A stretch of 64,000 nt of DNA from contig CAWCIK010000006.1 in NCBI GenBank assembly GCA_963795645.1, positions 1,377,761 through 1,441,760 on the forward strand, read 5' to 3'. Source of the DNA: an uncultured Chloroflexia bacterium. GTDB lineage: Bacteria > Chloroflexota > Limnocylindria > Limnocylindrales > CSP1-4. The notes under the pieces were generated by a model, which did not search any database, was not told the origin of the DNA, and worked only from the letters and a program-made list of their open reading frames with translations. The position numbers and the translations under genes were made by a program. Shown here one piece after another: positions 26,100-36,506 of the stretch. The stretch's first letter is position 1; every line of letters starts with the position of its first letter.

Positions 26100-28291
26100 G
26101 CGCGGCAGCTGGGGGCTTGATCGGGGAACCGGTCGCCAGGGTCGGTGGCGAGGGCCGCGTCAACGGCGACCAGCGCTACGTCGCGGACATCCATCTGCCT
26201 GACGAGCTGCACGCCAGGCTCGTCAGGCTGCCCGTCGCCCACGGCCGCATCGTCTCGATCGATGCGTCGGCGGCGTTGGCCTTGCCGGGAGTTCGAATGG
26301 TGTTCAGCGCCGCCGATGTGCCGGCCGACACGCCGCGCTTCGGGCCGCAGTTCAACGATCGTCCGGTCATCGCGACGGGCGAAAGCAAGTACCACGGCGA
26401 TCCGGTCGCGGTCGTCGCCGCAGAGACGCGCGACCTTGCCGAGAAAGCCGCGCTACTGGTCAAGGTCGAGTACGAGGAGCTCCCGGCCCTCGTCACGGTT
26501 GCTGCCGCCACGGCTGCGGGCGCGCCGCTCGTCCAGGCTCCTTCGCTCCGGCCCGATGATCCGCGCGCCGGATCGAACATCCTGCGTGAGCACCTCATCG
26601 AATGGGGCGACACCGCCGCCGCGCGCGCGGATCTTGTCGTCGAGAACACGTACCGCTTCCCGATGGTCACCCAGTTCGCAATCGAGCCACATGCGTTCAT
26701 CGCGGCGCCCGACGGCGACGGCATCGCCATCTGGTCCTCGATCCAGCATCCATATTGGCTGCAGCGCCTGATGGCAGGCGTACTGCGGCTGCCGCTGGCC
26801 AAGGTGCGCATCCACGCGCCCGATCCGGGCGGAGCCTTCGGTGGCAAGCAGCACGCCAAGTACGAGCCGATGCTCGCCTTGATGGCGCTCCAGCTGGGCC
26901 GGCCGGTGCGCCTGGTGCTGTCGCTCGAGGAGACGTTCCAGGCCGTGCGTCGGACCGAGACCGAGATCACCGTCCGCACCGGCGTCAACCGCGATGGCAC
27001 GTTCGCATTCCAGGACACGGACGCGTGGTACCTCATCGGCGCATATGCAGACATCGCCGACCGAGTCGTCGGCAAGGGCTCGTATATCGGCAACGGTCCG
27101 TACAACTGGCCGTCGGCGCGCATCAACGCGCGCAGCGTGCTGTCCCATACCGTGCCCTCGACCGCCTTCCGCGGCTTCGGCAACCCTCAGATCAACTGGG
27201 CGGTCGAGTCGAACATCACGCAGGCAGCGCTCGAGCTGGGCATCGACCCGCTCGAGATCAGGCTCAAGAACCTGGCCGCATACGGCGACAAGTTCGTGCC
27301 CTTCGACACGGCCTGTGATGGTCGCTGGGCGCAAAGCGTGCACAGGGTCGCCGAGCTGATTGGCTGGGACAGTCCCAAGCAGGCAGGTCGCGGTCGCGGC
27401 ATCGCGCTCGGCATCAAGTCTGGGCCAACAACGGGACTTTCCAACTCGCTCGTGCGCCTGCTCGCCGACGGCTCGGTAATCGTCTATGCCGGCACACAGG
27501 ACATAGGCCAGGGCGCGCGCACGATCTTCGCCCAGATGGCGGCCGCCGAGCTCGGCGCGTCGATGGACGAGGTAAGCACGGTGATGGGCGACACGGGCGT
27601 CGTCCCCTACGACCAGCAGACGTCCGCGTCGCGATCGACCGTCCTGATGGGCAACGCGATCCTCGCCGCGTGTGCCGATATCAAGGCCAAGCTGCGCACG
27701 CGGCTCGGCGACGGATATGACGAATCGAAGAGCGCGCGTGAGCAGGTCGCGGCCGCTCTGGGCCGGCTGGGTGGCGAGATCGTGGGTGTCGGCGACGCGC
27801 GCAAAGAGGCGTCCGCAGACCATCCCCTGGGCGGCTCGGCCGCGTTCTACGAGTTCAACGCCACGGCCGTGGAATTGAGCGTTGACGAGGAAACCGGCGA
27901 CATCACCATCCATCGCCACGCGACGGTCAGCGACGTGGGGCGTTCGATCAACCGCCTGCAGGTCCAGATGCAGGACGAAGGCGCGGCGATCATGGGTCTG
28001 GGCCACACGTTGATGGAGCACTACATCTTCGACGACGAGGGCCGCATCAGGAACCTGGGCGCGATCGACTACCGCATCCCGACATCCATGGACCTGCCTC
28101 ACGCGATGGTCAGCGACACGGTCGAGAACGCCGATGGCCCCGGGCCGTACGGCGCCAAGGGGATGAGCGAGGGCGCGCTGCTGGCCGTCGCGCCAGCGGT
28201 GGCCGCTGCGGTTCGCGACGCAACCGGCGCCGCGATCCGCGAGCTGCCGCTATCTCCGGAACGAGTGTGGCGGGCGCTTTCCGAGCGGTGA
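26096..28291 (+). CDS. Molybdenum hydroxylase, molybdopterin-binding large subunit (xanthine dehydrogenase/aldehyde oxidase family)
   Basis: GTG 26096 overlaps the upstream stop (GTGA). 731 aa. KYHGDPVAVVAAET, GGAFGGK, STAFRGFGNPQ, QDIGQGARTIFAQMAA, YGAKGMSEGAL. Confidence 0.9.
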   Translation: MSAAAGGLIGEPVARVGGEGRVNGDQRYVADIHLPDELHARLVRLPVAHGRIVSIDASAALALPGVRMVFSAADVPADTPRFGPQFNDRPVIATGESKYHGDPVAVVAAETRDLAEKAALLVKVEYEELPALVTVAAATAAGAPLVQAPSLRPDDPRAGSNILREHLIEWGDTAAARADLVVENTYRFPMVTQFAIEPHAFIAAPDGDGIAIWSSIQHPYWLQRLMAGVLRLPLAKVRIHAPDPGGAFGGKQHAKYEPMLALMALQLGRPVRLVLSLEETFQAVRRTETEITVRTGVNRDGTFAFQDTDAWYLIGAYADIADRVVGKGSYIGNGPYNWPSARINARSVLSHTVPSTAFRGFGNPQINWAVESNITQAALELGIDPLEIRLKNLAAYGDKFVPFDTACDGRWAQSVHRVAELIGWDSPKQAGRGRGIALGIKSGPTTGLSNSLVRLLADGSVIVYAGTQDIGQGARTIFAQMAAAELGASMDEVSTVMGDTGVVPYDQQTSASRSTVLMGNAILAACADIKAKLRTRLGDGYDESKSAREQVAAALGRLGGEIVGVGDARKEASADHPLGGSAAFYEFNATAVELSVDEETGDITIHRHATVSDVGRSINRLQVQMQDEGAAIMGLGHTLMEHYIFDDEGRIRNLGAIDYRIPTSMDLPHAMVSDTVENADGPGPYGAKGMSEGALLAVAPAVAAAVRDATGAAIRELPLSPERVWRALSER

Positions 28292-28307
28292 CTGCGCGTG
28301 CCGAGCG

Positions 28308-28889
28308 TCAGTCCCAGTCGTAGCAGACGTGGTGGTTGATGATCGTGTCGATGCTCTGATACGAGGCGTACCAGTCGACCCGCTCCTTGGCAGTGCCCAG
28401 GACTTTGCCGTTGGCCTTGTACCAGATCAACTTCACGATCGCGCGGTACTGCGAGCCGGCATCCGATCCAGGGGTGTAGGGAACGACGACCTTGACGCCT
28501 TGCTGGCTGAAGCTGGCGTTGTGATGGGCGTCGGTGTACGCGGTAAAGACCGCGCTCGTGTACCGATTCATCCACCTCGTCTTGCCGCCCAGCCCGATGT
28601 CCTGGCGCTAAATCGTGAATTGCCAGCCGACCTTTTCATGGCCCTGACTGGGGACCGCCTTCATCTTGGGCGGGTTGACATACATGTGCTTGAGCTTGAA
28701 CGCGTCGTACGTCGCGCTGTACTTGGTCGTACAGATGACCCCTGGATTGCCTGCGCCATCGACCAGCGAGTGCGCGCCAGTGGTGCCTGTGACCTTCAGC
28801 TCGGTGTAAGCAAGTGTCGGCTGCGCCACTGCGAGAGCCGCGACTAGCGCTCCAGCCAGCAAGACGTAACGAGCCAAACGCGTGGACAT
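28308..28889 (-). pseudogene. Secreted protein of unrecognised family, paralog A, interrupted by an in-frame TAG
   Basis: Track ORFs 28608..28889 and 28308..28571 are in the same frame. My translation across the junction reads ..GWQFTI*RQDIGLGGKTRWMNRYTS.. (TAG = complement of 28608-28610). It aligns end-to-end with the products of 30760..31353 and 33140..33745. Confidence 0.75.
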
Positions 28890-29041
28890 CGGTCGCCTCT
28901 TCTTTCTGACGCGGCGGCTCGACGAATGACACGGCGTCGGTGGCCGCGAACGCCGCCAGCGTACGCCGGACGGTGGTTTGTGTAAACGAAGAATGGGTGG
29001 TGCGCTGCGCCTTGGCTATCCGGGGAGCACAATTCACGACG

Positions 29042-30015
<974 letters not shown>

Positions 30016-30019
<4 letters not shown>

Positions 30020-30738
30020 TGCTCAGCCGCCGCCGTGTGCAGGCCATCGTCACGAAGGAATTTCGCGAGTACCGCCGCAACCGAAACCTCATCGTCGCAA
30101 TGTTCGTCTACCCGCTCGTCTTCACCATCCAGCCGCTCATCGCCGTTTTCGCCGTGCATGGTGCGGCGGCGGCGGCCTTGAGTGGACGGCACGAGCTGCT
30201 GTTCATGCTCGGAATTCCGATCCTCGTTCCCGCCACCCTGGCAGCGTTCGCGGTGGCAGGCGAGCGTCAGCAGGAGACGCTCGAACCCATGCTCGAGTCG
30301 CCGATCAGCCGCGAGGAGTTCCTGCTGGGTAAGGCGATAGCGGTCTTCATTCCCGCCGTTGCCATCGCCTATGTCGTATTCGCCCTGTACATCATCGTTA
30401 TCCAGCTGTTTGCCGAGCCCACCGTCGCATCGGCGGTGATCGACACGGGCGACATCGTCGCCCAGGTGGTCTTCACGCCACTTCTGGCAGCGTGGTCCAT
30501 CTGGGTCGGCATCGCCCTCTCGACGCGGACGAGCGACGTGCGCGTGGCTCAGCAGCTGAGCGTCGTGAGCAGCCTGCCGCTGCTGGTGCTGACGATGGCG
30601 TTCGCGTTCAGCGTCATAGAGCCCAGCCTGGAGCTGGCCGTGATCCTTGGCGTCGTGCTGCTGATCGCCGATACGGCCGCATGGCGCCTGATCGCAGCGC
30701 TCTTCGACCGCGAGAGGCTCATCGCCGGCCCGCACTGA
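30016..30738 (+). CDS. ABC-2-type transporter permease
   Basis: 240 aa with about 6 TM segments. Start overlaps the ATPase stop (GTGATG). Confidence 0.75.
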
Positions 30739-30759
30739 CCTCACTTGGCCCCATCGGGG

Positions 30760-31353
30760 CTAGTCGTAGTCCGGGCAAAAGCCGTGAAATATCGGGACTC
30801 CCTTGCCCTGGTCCGGGTAATACCAGTCGACCTTGCCGGTCACCGTTCCAAGAACAGTCGTCCCGTCTGGCTTGAACCAGAACATCTTGATGACGACGCG
30901 ATAGGCGGCCGACGCATCGGCGCCAGCTTCGAATGGAACGACGACCTTGACGCCCGTATGGCTGCCGAAATCCGCATTGTGTCGGGAGTTGGTCGAGCTC
31001 CTGAACCTGGCGCTCGTGTAACGACTCTGCCATGGACCTGCCCCGCCCAACCCGACGATGCGGCGCTCGACCGTGAACTGCCAGGCAACGTCCTCGGTAC
31101 CCATGCCCTTCACGGCCTTCATGAGCGGCGGAAAGACGGCGATGTGCTTGAGCTTGTATGCGTTGTTGTGCGAGGAGTACTTGAAGAGACAGATCGCCGC
31201 GGGTATTGCCTCAGTGTCCTTCACAGAATGCGCGCCAACCGCGCCAGTGACCCTGAGCTCGGTGAACGCCATGGCAGGTTGGGCGATCGCTGCGATGACG
31301 ACGCCCGCGAGAATGACAGAGAGAAAGACAGTACGTGGCATTTTCGTCTCCAT
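30760..31353 (-). CDS. Secreted protein of unrecognised family, paralog B
   Basis: 197 aa. Signal peptide ..VVIAAIAQPAMA|FTEL, two conserved Cys, C-terminus FCPDYD. Alternative start at 31341. Confidence 0.8.
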   Translation of the reverse strand: METKMPRTVFLSVILAGVVIAAIAQPAMAFTELRVTGAVGAHSVKDTEAIPAAICLFKYSSHNNAYKLKHIAVFPPLMKAVKGMGTEDVAWQFTVERRIVGLGGAGPWQSRYTSARFRSSTNSRHNADFGSHTGVKVVVPFEAGADASAAYRVVIKMFWFKPDGTTVLGTVTGKVDWYYPDQGKGVPIFHGFCPDYD

Positions 31354-31458
31354 CCACTGCGCTGCTGTGGTCCACGACTGACCACCAAGCGGTGGTTACA
31401 AGTTACGCCTTCGGGCGCGTCATGGGAACATCGATTGTTGGCCGGGTAGGATCACCGC

Positions 31459-32139
31459 ATGACAGAGCCGATCAAGATCGCAGCATTTCTCGACGGTGCG
31501 CCGGATTGGCGCGTGGTCAGCGATGGCGCATGCGCCTTCTTCACGACTGGCTCGCTCGCGCAATCCGCGGGCTTCGTCGACGCGCTGGCCAGGATCCCGA
31601 ACCTGGGCGACCACCAGTACGGGATCGACCTGCGCCAGGCGGGAATCACCGTCCGGGTGGTCACGCTGCGCGACGACTTCATGGGCATGACCGAGCGCGA
31701 CCTGGAGCTTGCGCAGCACATCTCAGAGGTGGCCCGCGAACACGGGCTGGCGTCCGATCCGTCAAAGATCCAGAGCATGCTGATCATCCCCGGTGCACCG
31801 GACATCAAGGAGGTCACGCCTTTCTGGCAGGCGGTGCTCGGCTACGTGCCGCGGCCAGACTCGCCGGATGAGGACCTCATCGACCCGCTCGACCGCGGCA
31901 ATGCCTTCTGGTTCGAGACGATGGAGGAGACTCGGCCCGGCGGTCTTGGCGCCATCCACCTGGGCATGTGGGTGCCGCCCGAGGAGGCACGCAAGCGCGT
32001 CGACGCTGCGCTGGCGGCCGGCGGCCACCTCGTGCGCGATGACTACGCGCCATCGTGGTGGACCCTCGCCGATGCCTACGGCAACGAGATCGACGTCGGC
32101 ACCAGCGCCTATCGCGACGAACCGCCGCCAGAGGGCTAG
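31459..32139 (+). CDS. Pterin-4a-carbinolamine-dehydratase-like domain fused to a VOC/glyoxalase-like domain
   Basis: 226 aa. The N-terminal about 95 aa is PCD/DCoH-like (W-x-V...F..F..A..FV..LA...GDHQYGIDL...V.V...T). The C-terminal half is VOC-like (PFWQAVLGY...AFWFE...HLGMWVP). Confidence 0.6.
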   Translation: MTEPIKIAAFLDGAPDWRVVSDGACAFFTTGSLAQSAGFVDALARIPNLGDHQYGIDLRQAGITVRVVTLRDDFMGMTERDLELAQHISEVAREHGLASDPSKIQSMLIIPGAPDIKEVTPFWQAVLGYVPRPDSPDEDLIDPLDRGNAFWFETMEETRPGGLGAIHLGMWVPPEEARKRVDAALAAGGHLVRDDYAPSWWTLADAYGNEIDVGTSAYRDEPPPEG

Positions 32140-33029
32140 TCGCTCGGCAGTGGCATCGCGACTCGCTGGCGCGAGTCGAACCGGAGATACGTCTGGTATC
32201 CCGCGGCGCGGGCGGCGGACACGACCTGATCGTGGGCGTCTGCCGCCAGGTCGGGCACGTGCGCGTCGGAGGCGAGGGTGATCGGGACGCCCGCGCTGTA
32301 CAGCATCGCCAGCAGCGCCGGCGCGGGCGTGATCTCGCCAACCGGATGGCGGAGCGTCGACGACGAGACCTCGACCGCCACCCCTGACGCAGCCGCGTCG
32401 GCGACGAACGGTGCATAGAGCTCCTCGAACAACCCGGCCGCGGGCGCAATGCCCCATTTCTTGATCACGTCCGCGTGCGCCAGCACGTCAACCATCCGCG
32501 CCGCCGCCAGCTGCGTTTCGAGCGCGAAGTAGTCGCCCCAGGCACGTTCCACGCCGCGCCGCTCGAACTCGGCCGTCGCGCCGCCACGGGTGAACTCCCA
32601 ACCCCCGATCCAGTGCGTCGACCCGATCAGGAAATCCCACGGATAGGGCACGAGAAGATCCAGCACGGCCTGCTCCGTCCCTGGCTGGAAGTCGACCTCC
32701 AGGCCGAGCTTGACCGGCAGCCCTCGACGCTTGGCATCGAGCACGACCTCCACGTAGCGCTCGAGGGACAGGTTGCGTTCGGCGTCCATCACGCCGGCCA
32801 TCTCCTCACGCACATGGGCCGGCACGGACTCATCCGACTCCCACCAGCTGCCGAACACGGGTATCGATTCGACGCAGCGGTACAGGTGCTCCGTGAATCC
32901 GAGCTCCGTCACGCCGCGAGATAAGGCTGTTTCCACGTAGCGGTCGATGTAGCCGGGCGGATAGACGCCCGCCGGTGGTGCGCCGGGCATGTCGCGGTGG
33001 GGATGAAGATGGAGGTGGTAGTCGGACAT
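32136..33029 (-). CDS. PHP-family histidinol-phosphatase-like hydrolase
   Basis: MSDYHLHLHPH.., GFTEHL, GLEVD, IGSTHW, LAHADVIKKWG, ASDAH. Confidence 0.8.
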   Translation of the reverse strand: MSDYHLHLHPHRDMPGAPPAGVYPPGYIDRYVETALSRGVTELGFTEHLYRCVESIPVFGSWWESDESVPAHVREEMAGVMDAERNLSLERYVEVVLDAKRRGLPVKLGLEVDFQPGTEQAVLDLLVPYPWDFLIGSTHWIGGWEFTRGGATAEFERRGVERAWGDYFALETQLAAARMVDVLAHADVIKKWGIAPAAGLFEELYAPFVADAAASGVAVEVSSSTLRHPVGEITPAPALLAMLYSAGVPITLASDAHVPDLAADAHDQVVSAARAAGYQTYLRFDSRQRVAMPLPSD

Positions 33030-33139
33030 CCGGGTCAAGTTTCGCCGACGAGAGCTTGTCCAGGCGCGGAGCGGCGGTCGTCGTTCACGCACGGCCTGCG
33101 CGTGTCGGACAACCGCGCTCCGCTTACCTGCCAGGCTGA

Positions 33140-33745
33140 CTACGAATAGTCAGGGCAGCTGGGATGCTCCACGATGAAGGTGTCGCCCCCATTGACCGCA
33201 AAGTTCTCGTACCAACCCACGCGTTCCGTGGCGGTGCCGAGGATGTGCCCGTTGGGCTTGTACCAATAGATCTTGACGATGACGCGATACGCGGCGAAAG
33301 CGTCCTCGCCATACCCGAACGGCACCTTGACCTTGACACTGGCTTCGCTGAATGCGGCATCGGTGCTGGAGTTTGTATAGGCCGTGAAGATCGGGCTGGT
33401 GTAGCGCGTCTTCCACGGCAACGGATGCGGCAGGAAGATGCTGTAGATCTGGCGCTGGACCTTGAATTTCCAGCCGACCCTCTCTGTTCCCTGGCCAGGT
33501 ACGGCCCGAACCAGGGGCGGTTCGACATAGATCTTCTTCAGCTTCCAGGCGCCCTGAAAGCTGCTGAACTTGTACTTGCAGGCCCCTCCGGGCGTCCCGT
33601 GCGTGTCCAGAAGCGAGTGCTGTCCGACGGTGCCCGTCGTCCCGAGCTCCGTGTATGCGAGCGCTGGTTGCGCTGCGGCGAGGGCTGTGATCGCGCTGAT
33701 CGTCAGAATGGCGATCCGCGCCAGTCGTAAGGACATTGGTGGCAT
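33140..33745 (-). CDS. Secreted protein of unrecognised family, paralog C
   Basis: AAGGAAG 6 nt upstream of ATG 33745. MPPMSLRLARIAILTISAITALAAAQPALA|YTEL.., C-terminus SCPDYS. The N-terminal extension of the track ORF (to 33853) looks non-coding. Confidence 0.8.
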   Translation of the reverse strand: MPPMSLRLARIAILTISAITALAAAQPALAYTELGTTGTVGQHSLLDTHGTPGGACKYKFSSFQGAWKLKKIYVEPPLVRAVPGQGTERVGWKFKVQRQIYSIFLPHPLPWKTRYTSPIFTAYTNSSTDAAFSEASVKVKVPFGYGEDAFAAYRVIVKIYWYKPNGHILGTATERVGWYENFAVNGGDTFIVEHPSCPDYS

Positions 33746-33895
33746 CGTGATCTTCCTTATCGTGCCGAACGTTCCCGTCGTCCGGCCACGCGCTTCGCGC
33801 GCGCACCGTGTGCCCTGGTGCGAGGTTACGCCCCGGTCGGCGACCTCGGCCATACAGCATTCCGGCGTATTCAGGATTGTGGCACCCGTAACCCG

Positions 33896-34765
33896 CTAGT
33901 CGACGTTGGCCGAGAGCTTGTCCCAGAGGATGCCGGCGTTGTGGCTTTGGATGTAATCCATCATGTATTCCTGCCCGATGTCGACCGGATAGCGGTCGCG
34001 CATGTGGCAGCGTTCGATCGTCTCCTCGCGCGACCAGCCCTTGGCCACGGCCGTGGCGACCATGCTCTTCCACTCGAGCAGCACGGCCTTCTGAGTGTGC
34101 AGGTACTTGAGGTCCGTGATCGGACCGTGGCCGGGCACGACGTAATCGACGTCCAGCCGCGAGATCGTGTTGAGCGCTTCGACCCACTGGTCGACATCTG
34201 ATGCCATGACCCACGTCTGGACCTCTGAAAAGACCGTGTCGCCCGTGAAGACAACGCGCTCCTCGGGCACGTGGACCGCAATCTGGCCGGGCGTGTGGCC
34301 GGGCGTGTGGATCAGGTGGAACGTGTGGTCGCCCAGGTCGAGCGTGACGTTGCCCGTGAAGATGATCTGGGCCTTGTTCGGATCGCGGAAGTAGACCTCG
34401 CGCTGGGGGAAGATGCCGGCGCCCTCCGGGTCGGCCATGGGGATGGCCTCGGCGGCGTAGTCGAAGGGATCGAGCAAAGGCGTCGGGGTCATGAAGTTGT
34501 CGTACACGCCCTGGTGATGGATGACCTTGCCCGGGATGCCCTTGAAGTAGTAGTTGCCGAAGATGTGGTCGACGTGATGCTCGGTGTTGATCACGTACTG
34601 GATGGGGCCGTGCATCTCGGCCTGCTCGCGCATCGCCACGGCCTTGGTCGGCAGCTGCGGCGTGTCGACCACGACCGGGCCCGCGCTGGTCAGCACGTAG
34701 CTCGGGTTGCAGCCGCGGATGGTGATGTCCGTGAATACGTTGGGCGTGACGTTCTCGAAAGCCAT
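33896..34765 (-). CDS. MBL-fold metallo-hydrolase
   Basis: GGGAGG upstream of ATG 34765. NTEHHVDHIFGN (HxHxDH), HTPGHTPG, VPGHG. The upstream part of track ORF 33896..35233 belongs to the antisense of the next gene. Confidence 0.85.
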   Translation of the reverse strand: MAFENVTPNVFTDITIRGCNPSYVLTSAGPVVVDTPQLPTKAVAMREQAEMHGPIQYVINTEHHVDHIFGNYYFKGIPGKVIHHQGVYDNFMTPTPLLDPFDYAAEAIPMADPEGAGIFPQREVYFRDPNKAQIIFTGNVTLDLGDHTFHLIHTPGHTPGQIAVHVPEERVVFTGDTVFSEVQTWVMASDVDQWVEALNTISRLDVDYVVPGHGPITDLKYLHTQKAVLLEWKSMVATAVAKGWSREETIERCHMRDRYPVDIGQEYMMDYIQSHNAGILWDKLSANVD

Positions 34766-34788
34766 CTGGTCGTGCCTCCCGGCGGGGG

Positions 34789-35592
34789 TTACTGCGTTGC
34801 GGTCAGGCCGCCGTCCAGGGTCAGGATCTGGCCCGTGCAGAACGACGAAGCGTCGGAGCAGAAGAAAAGGACCGCGCCCACGAGATCGTCCGTGTCGGCG
34901 ATGCGGCGCAGGGGAATGCGCCCGACGAGGTTGTTGTAGAAGGTCTCGTCGGCCAGCATGCTCTCGACCTGCGGCGTCCTGACGAACGTCGGCGCGATGG
35001 CGTTGACGGTGATTTCGTGCTTGGCCCATTCGGTCGCCTGCTGGCGGGTGATCGCGTTGATCGCGCCCTTCGCGGCCACGTAGGCGATGTAGCCGGCGTT
35101 GATCCCGAGCTGTCCGCGAACGCTGCTGATGTGCAGGACGCGCCCGCCGTTGCCGCCCCTGATCATGTGCCGCACCGCGGCCTGCGTGACGAGCAGGTCG
35201 CTGCGCAGGTTGAGGTCCATGATCCGGTCCCACTCGCCTTCCGGATATTCCTCGGCGGGGTAGAGCGCGGTGCCGGCACCGCCGCCGACGGCGTTGATGA
35301 CGATGTCGACCCGGCCGAAATGGTCGGCGGCGCGGTCCACCGCCGCATTGACCTCATCCTGCCTGGTGACGTCCGCCGCGAGCAGAAGCGCCTCCGACCC
35401 GACTTCCCGGATCTGGTCCCGGAGTCCGGTTGCCTGCGCCGCGCTGCGGCCGAGGACGGCGATCTTCGCTCCATCGCGCGCGAGCGCGAGCGACAGACGG
35501 CTTCCGATTGCGCCGCTGCCGCCGGAAACGACAGCGACCCTGCCGTCGACACGGAAGCGGGCGAGCTCATCGGCGCTTGTCTGGATCATCAA
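34789..35592 (-). CDS. Short-chain dehydrogenase/reductase (SDR)
   Basis: VAVVSGGSGAIGSRL, NAVGG, YVAAKGAINAITR (YxxxK). Confidence 0.9.
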   Translation of the reverse strand: MMIQTSADELARFRVDGRVAVVSGGSGAIGSRLSLALARDGAKIAVLGRSAAQATGLRDQIREVGSEALLLAADVTRQDEVNAAVDRAADHFGRVDIVINAVGGGAGTALYPAEEYPEGEWDRIMDLNLRSDLLVTQAAVRHMIRGGNGGRVLHISSVRGQLGINAGYIAYVAAKGAINAITRQQATEWAKHEITVNAIAPTFVRTPQVESMLADETFYNNLVGRIPLRRIADTDDLVGAVLFFCSDASSFCTGQILTLDGGLTATQ

Positions 35593-35699
35593 CGCCAGAA
35601 TAATCGATGATCGAGCAGAGCCGGAAGAGTCGAATGCATGTTCGATTCGGCCAAATCGGGACTACTCTCAATTTCCCGGGGAGGAGATAGGAGCATCCC

Positions 35700-36113
35700 A
35701 TGGTTTCCTACAACTCCGCGGTGACGATAGGTCGGTCCGCCACACAGGTCTTTCCCTACCTGCTCGAGTCGACCTCGCAGGGCATGGCGGGCGACCTCCG
35801 CAGCGGCTCGAGGGTCGAGGTTTCATTCGCCGGCGGTCGGCTCACGGCGGTCGTCGGCTTGCAGATCTCGGCTTTCGAATTTGGGCAGAAGCTCGGGTTC
35901 GAGTCCTACTCGGGCCCGTTCAGCTGGAGCGGTGAGTACAACCTGGTCGACGATGGCAAGGGCTCGACCACGGTCAGCCAAAGCGGGCAGATGAAGTTCA
36001 AGGGCCTGTGGCGCCTGTGGCAGCTGTTCGCCGGAGGCCAGATCGGACGTGGCGAGGTGGATGAGCTGGTCCGCCTCAAGACTGCCATCGAGGCAGTGCC
36101 TCGCGCCGTCTAG
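35700..36113 (+). CDS. SRPBCC (START/polyketide-cyclase-like) family protein
   Basis: 137 aa, with GGAGGAGATAGGAG upstream. Pattern typical of small SRPBCC proteins (S..I.RSA..VF.YL). Confidence 0.6.
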   Translation: MVSYNSAVTIGRSATQVFPYLLESTSQGMAGDLRSGSRVEVSFAGGRLTAVVGLQISAFEFGQKLGFESYSGPFSWSGEYNLVDDGKGSTTVSQSGQMKFKGLWRLWQLFAGGQIGRGEVDELVRLKTAIEAVPRAV

Positions 36114-36411
36114 GGTTCTCTCCGCCTGGAGCGCTTCCCGATCTCGGCGATGGCGACGGCGCTGTCGACGGCGATGTCGTGGCCGCCATGAGTCGTGCGC
36201 TGGCCGATTCCGCTGTGAGCGACAAAACGAGCGCTGGGCGAGACCAAGCCGCGAGTCGGCCGTCCCGCGCGAGCGTGGCGCCGCCCGCGCGAGCGTGGAA
36301 CTGCGACACGACGGCCGGCTTGAGGCATCGTTAGCCCCGATATGCCGGTGTCAGCGGAAATCGCCCGCGGACAGTCAGGGACGGGATCGATTTGGCCGTT
36401 GCCTGCGCGGT

Positions 36412-36425
36412 AGTAAGCGTTTACT
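36412..36425. promoter_or_regulatory. Candidate LacI-family operator AGTAAGCGTTTACT
   Basis: 14-bp near-palindrome (AGTAA-GCGT-TTACT) with a central CG. It resembles cre/LacI-type operators (TGTAAGCGCTTACA-like). It lies 82 nt upstream of the GMC oxidoreductase start, and a LacI gene sits inside the downstream cluster. Confidence 0.45.
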
Positions 36426-36506
36426 GTTCTAGACGGGGCAGGCCTTCGCTGTTCAGGGGTACAACGGCCGTCCCCATGCCGTACTGACGCTCGCAGGAGG
36501 GACGTC

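Noticed and set aside
24748-28291. Aerobic CO dehydrogenase (coxMSL).
   Set aside because: The large subunit has AFRGFG rather than the CO-dehydrogenase active-site loop (AYxCSFR / AYRGAGR). No coxDEF-type accessory genes are present.
28281-28314. A degenerate copy of the REP-like hairpin after the Mo-hydroxylase stop (GGTGACTG...GTCAGTCCCAGTC).
   Set aside because: Only half-site similarity (GTGACTG / CAGTC) with a different spacing. It may simply be a local terminator hairpin.
28608-28610. The TAG in secreted paralog A as pyrrolysine or programmed readthrough.
   Set aside because: There are no pyl genes and no precedent in this kind of organism or protein. The paralogs have an ordinary E/Q at the position.
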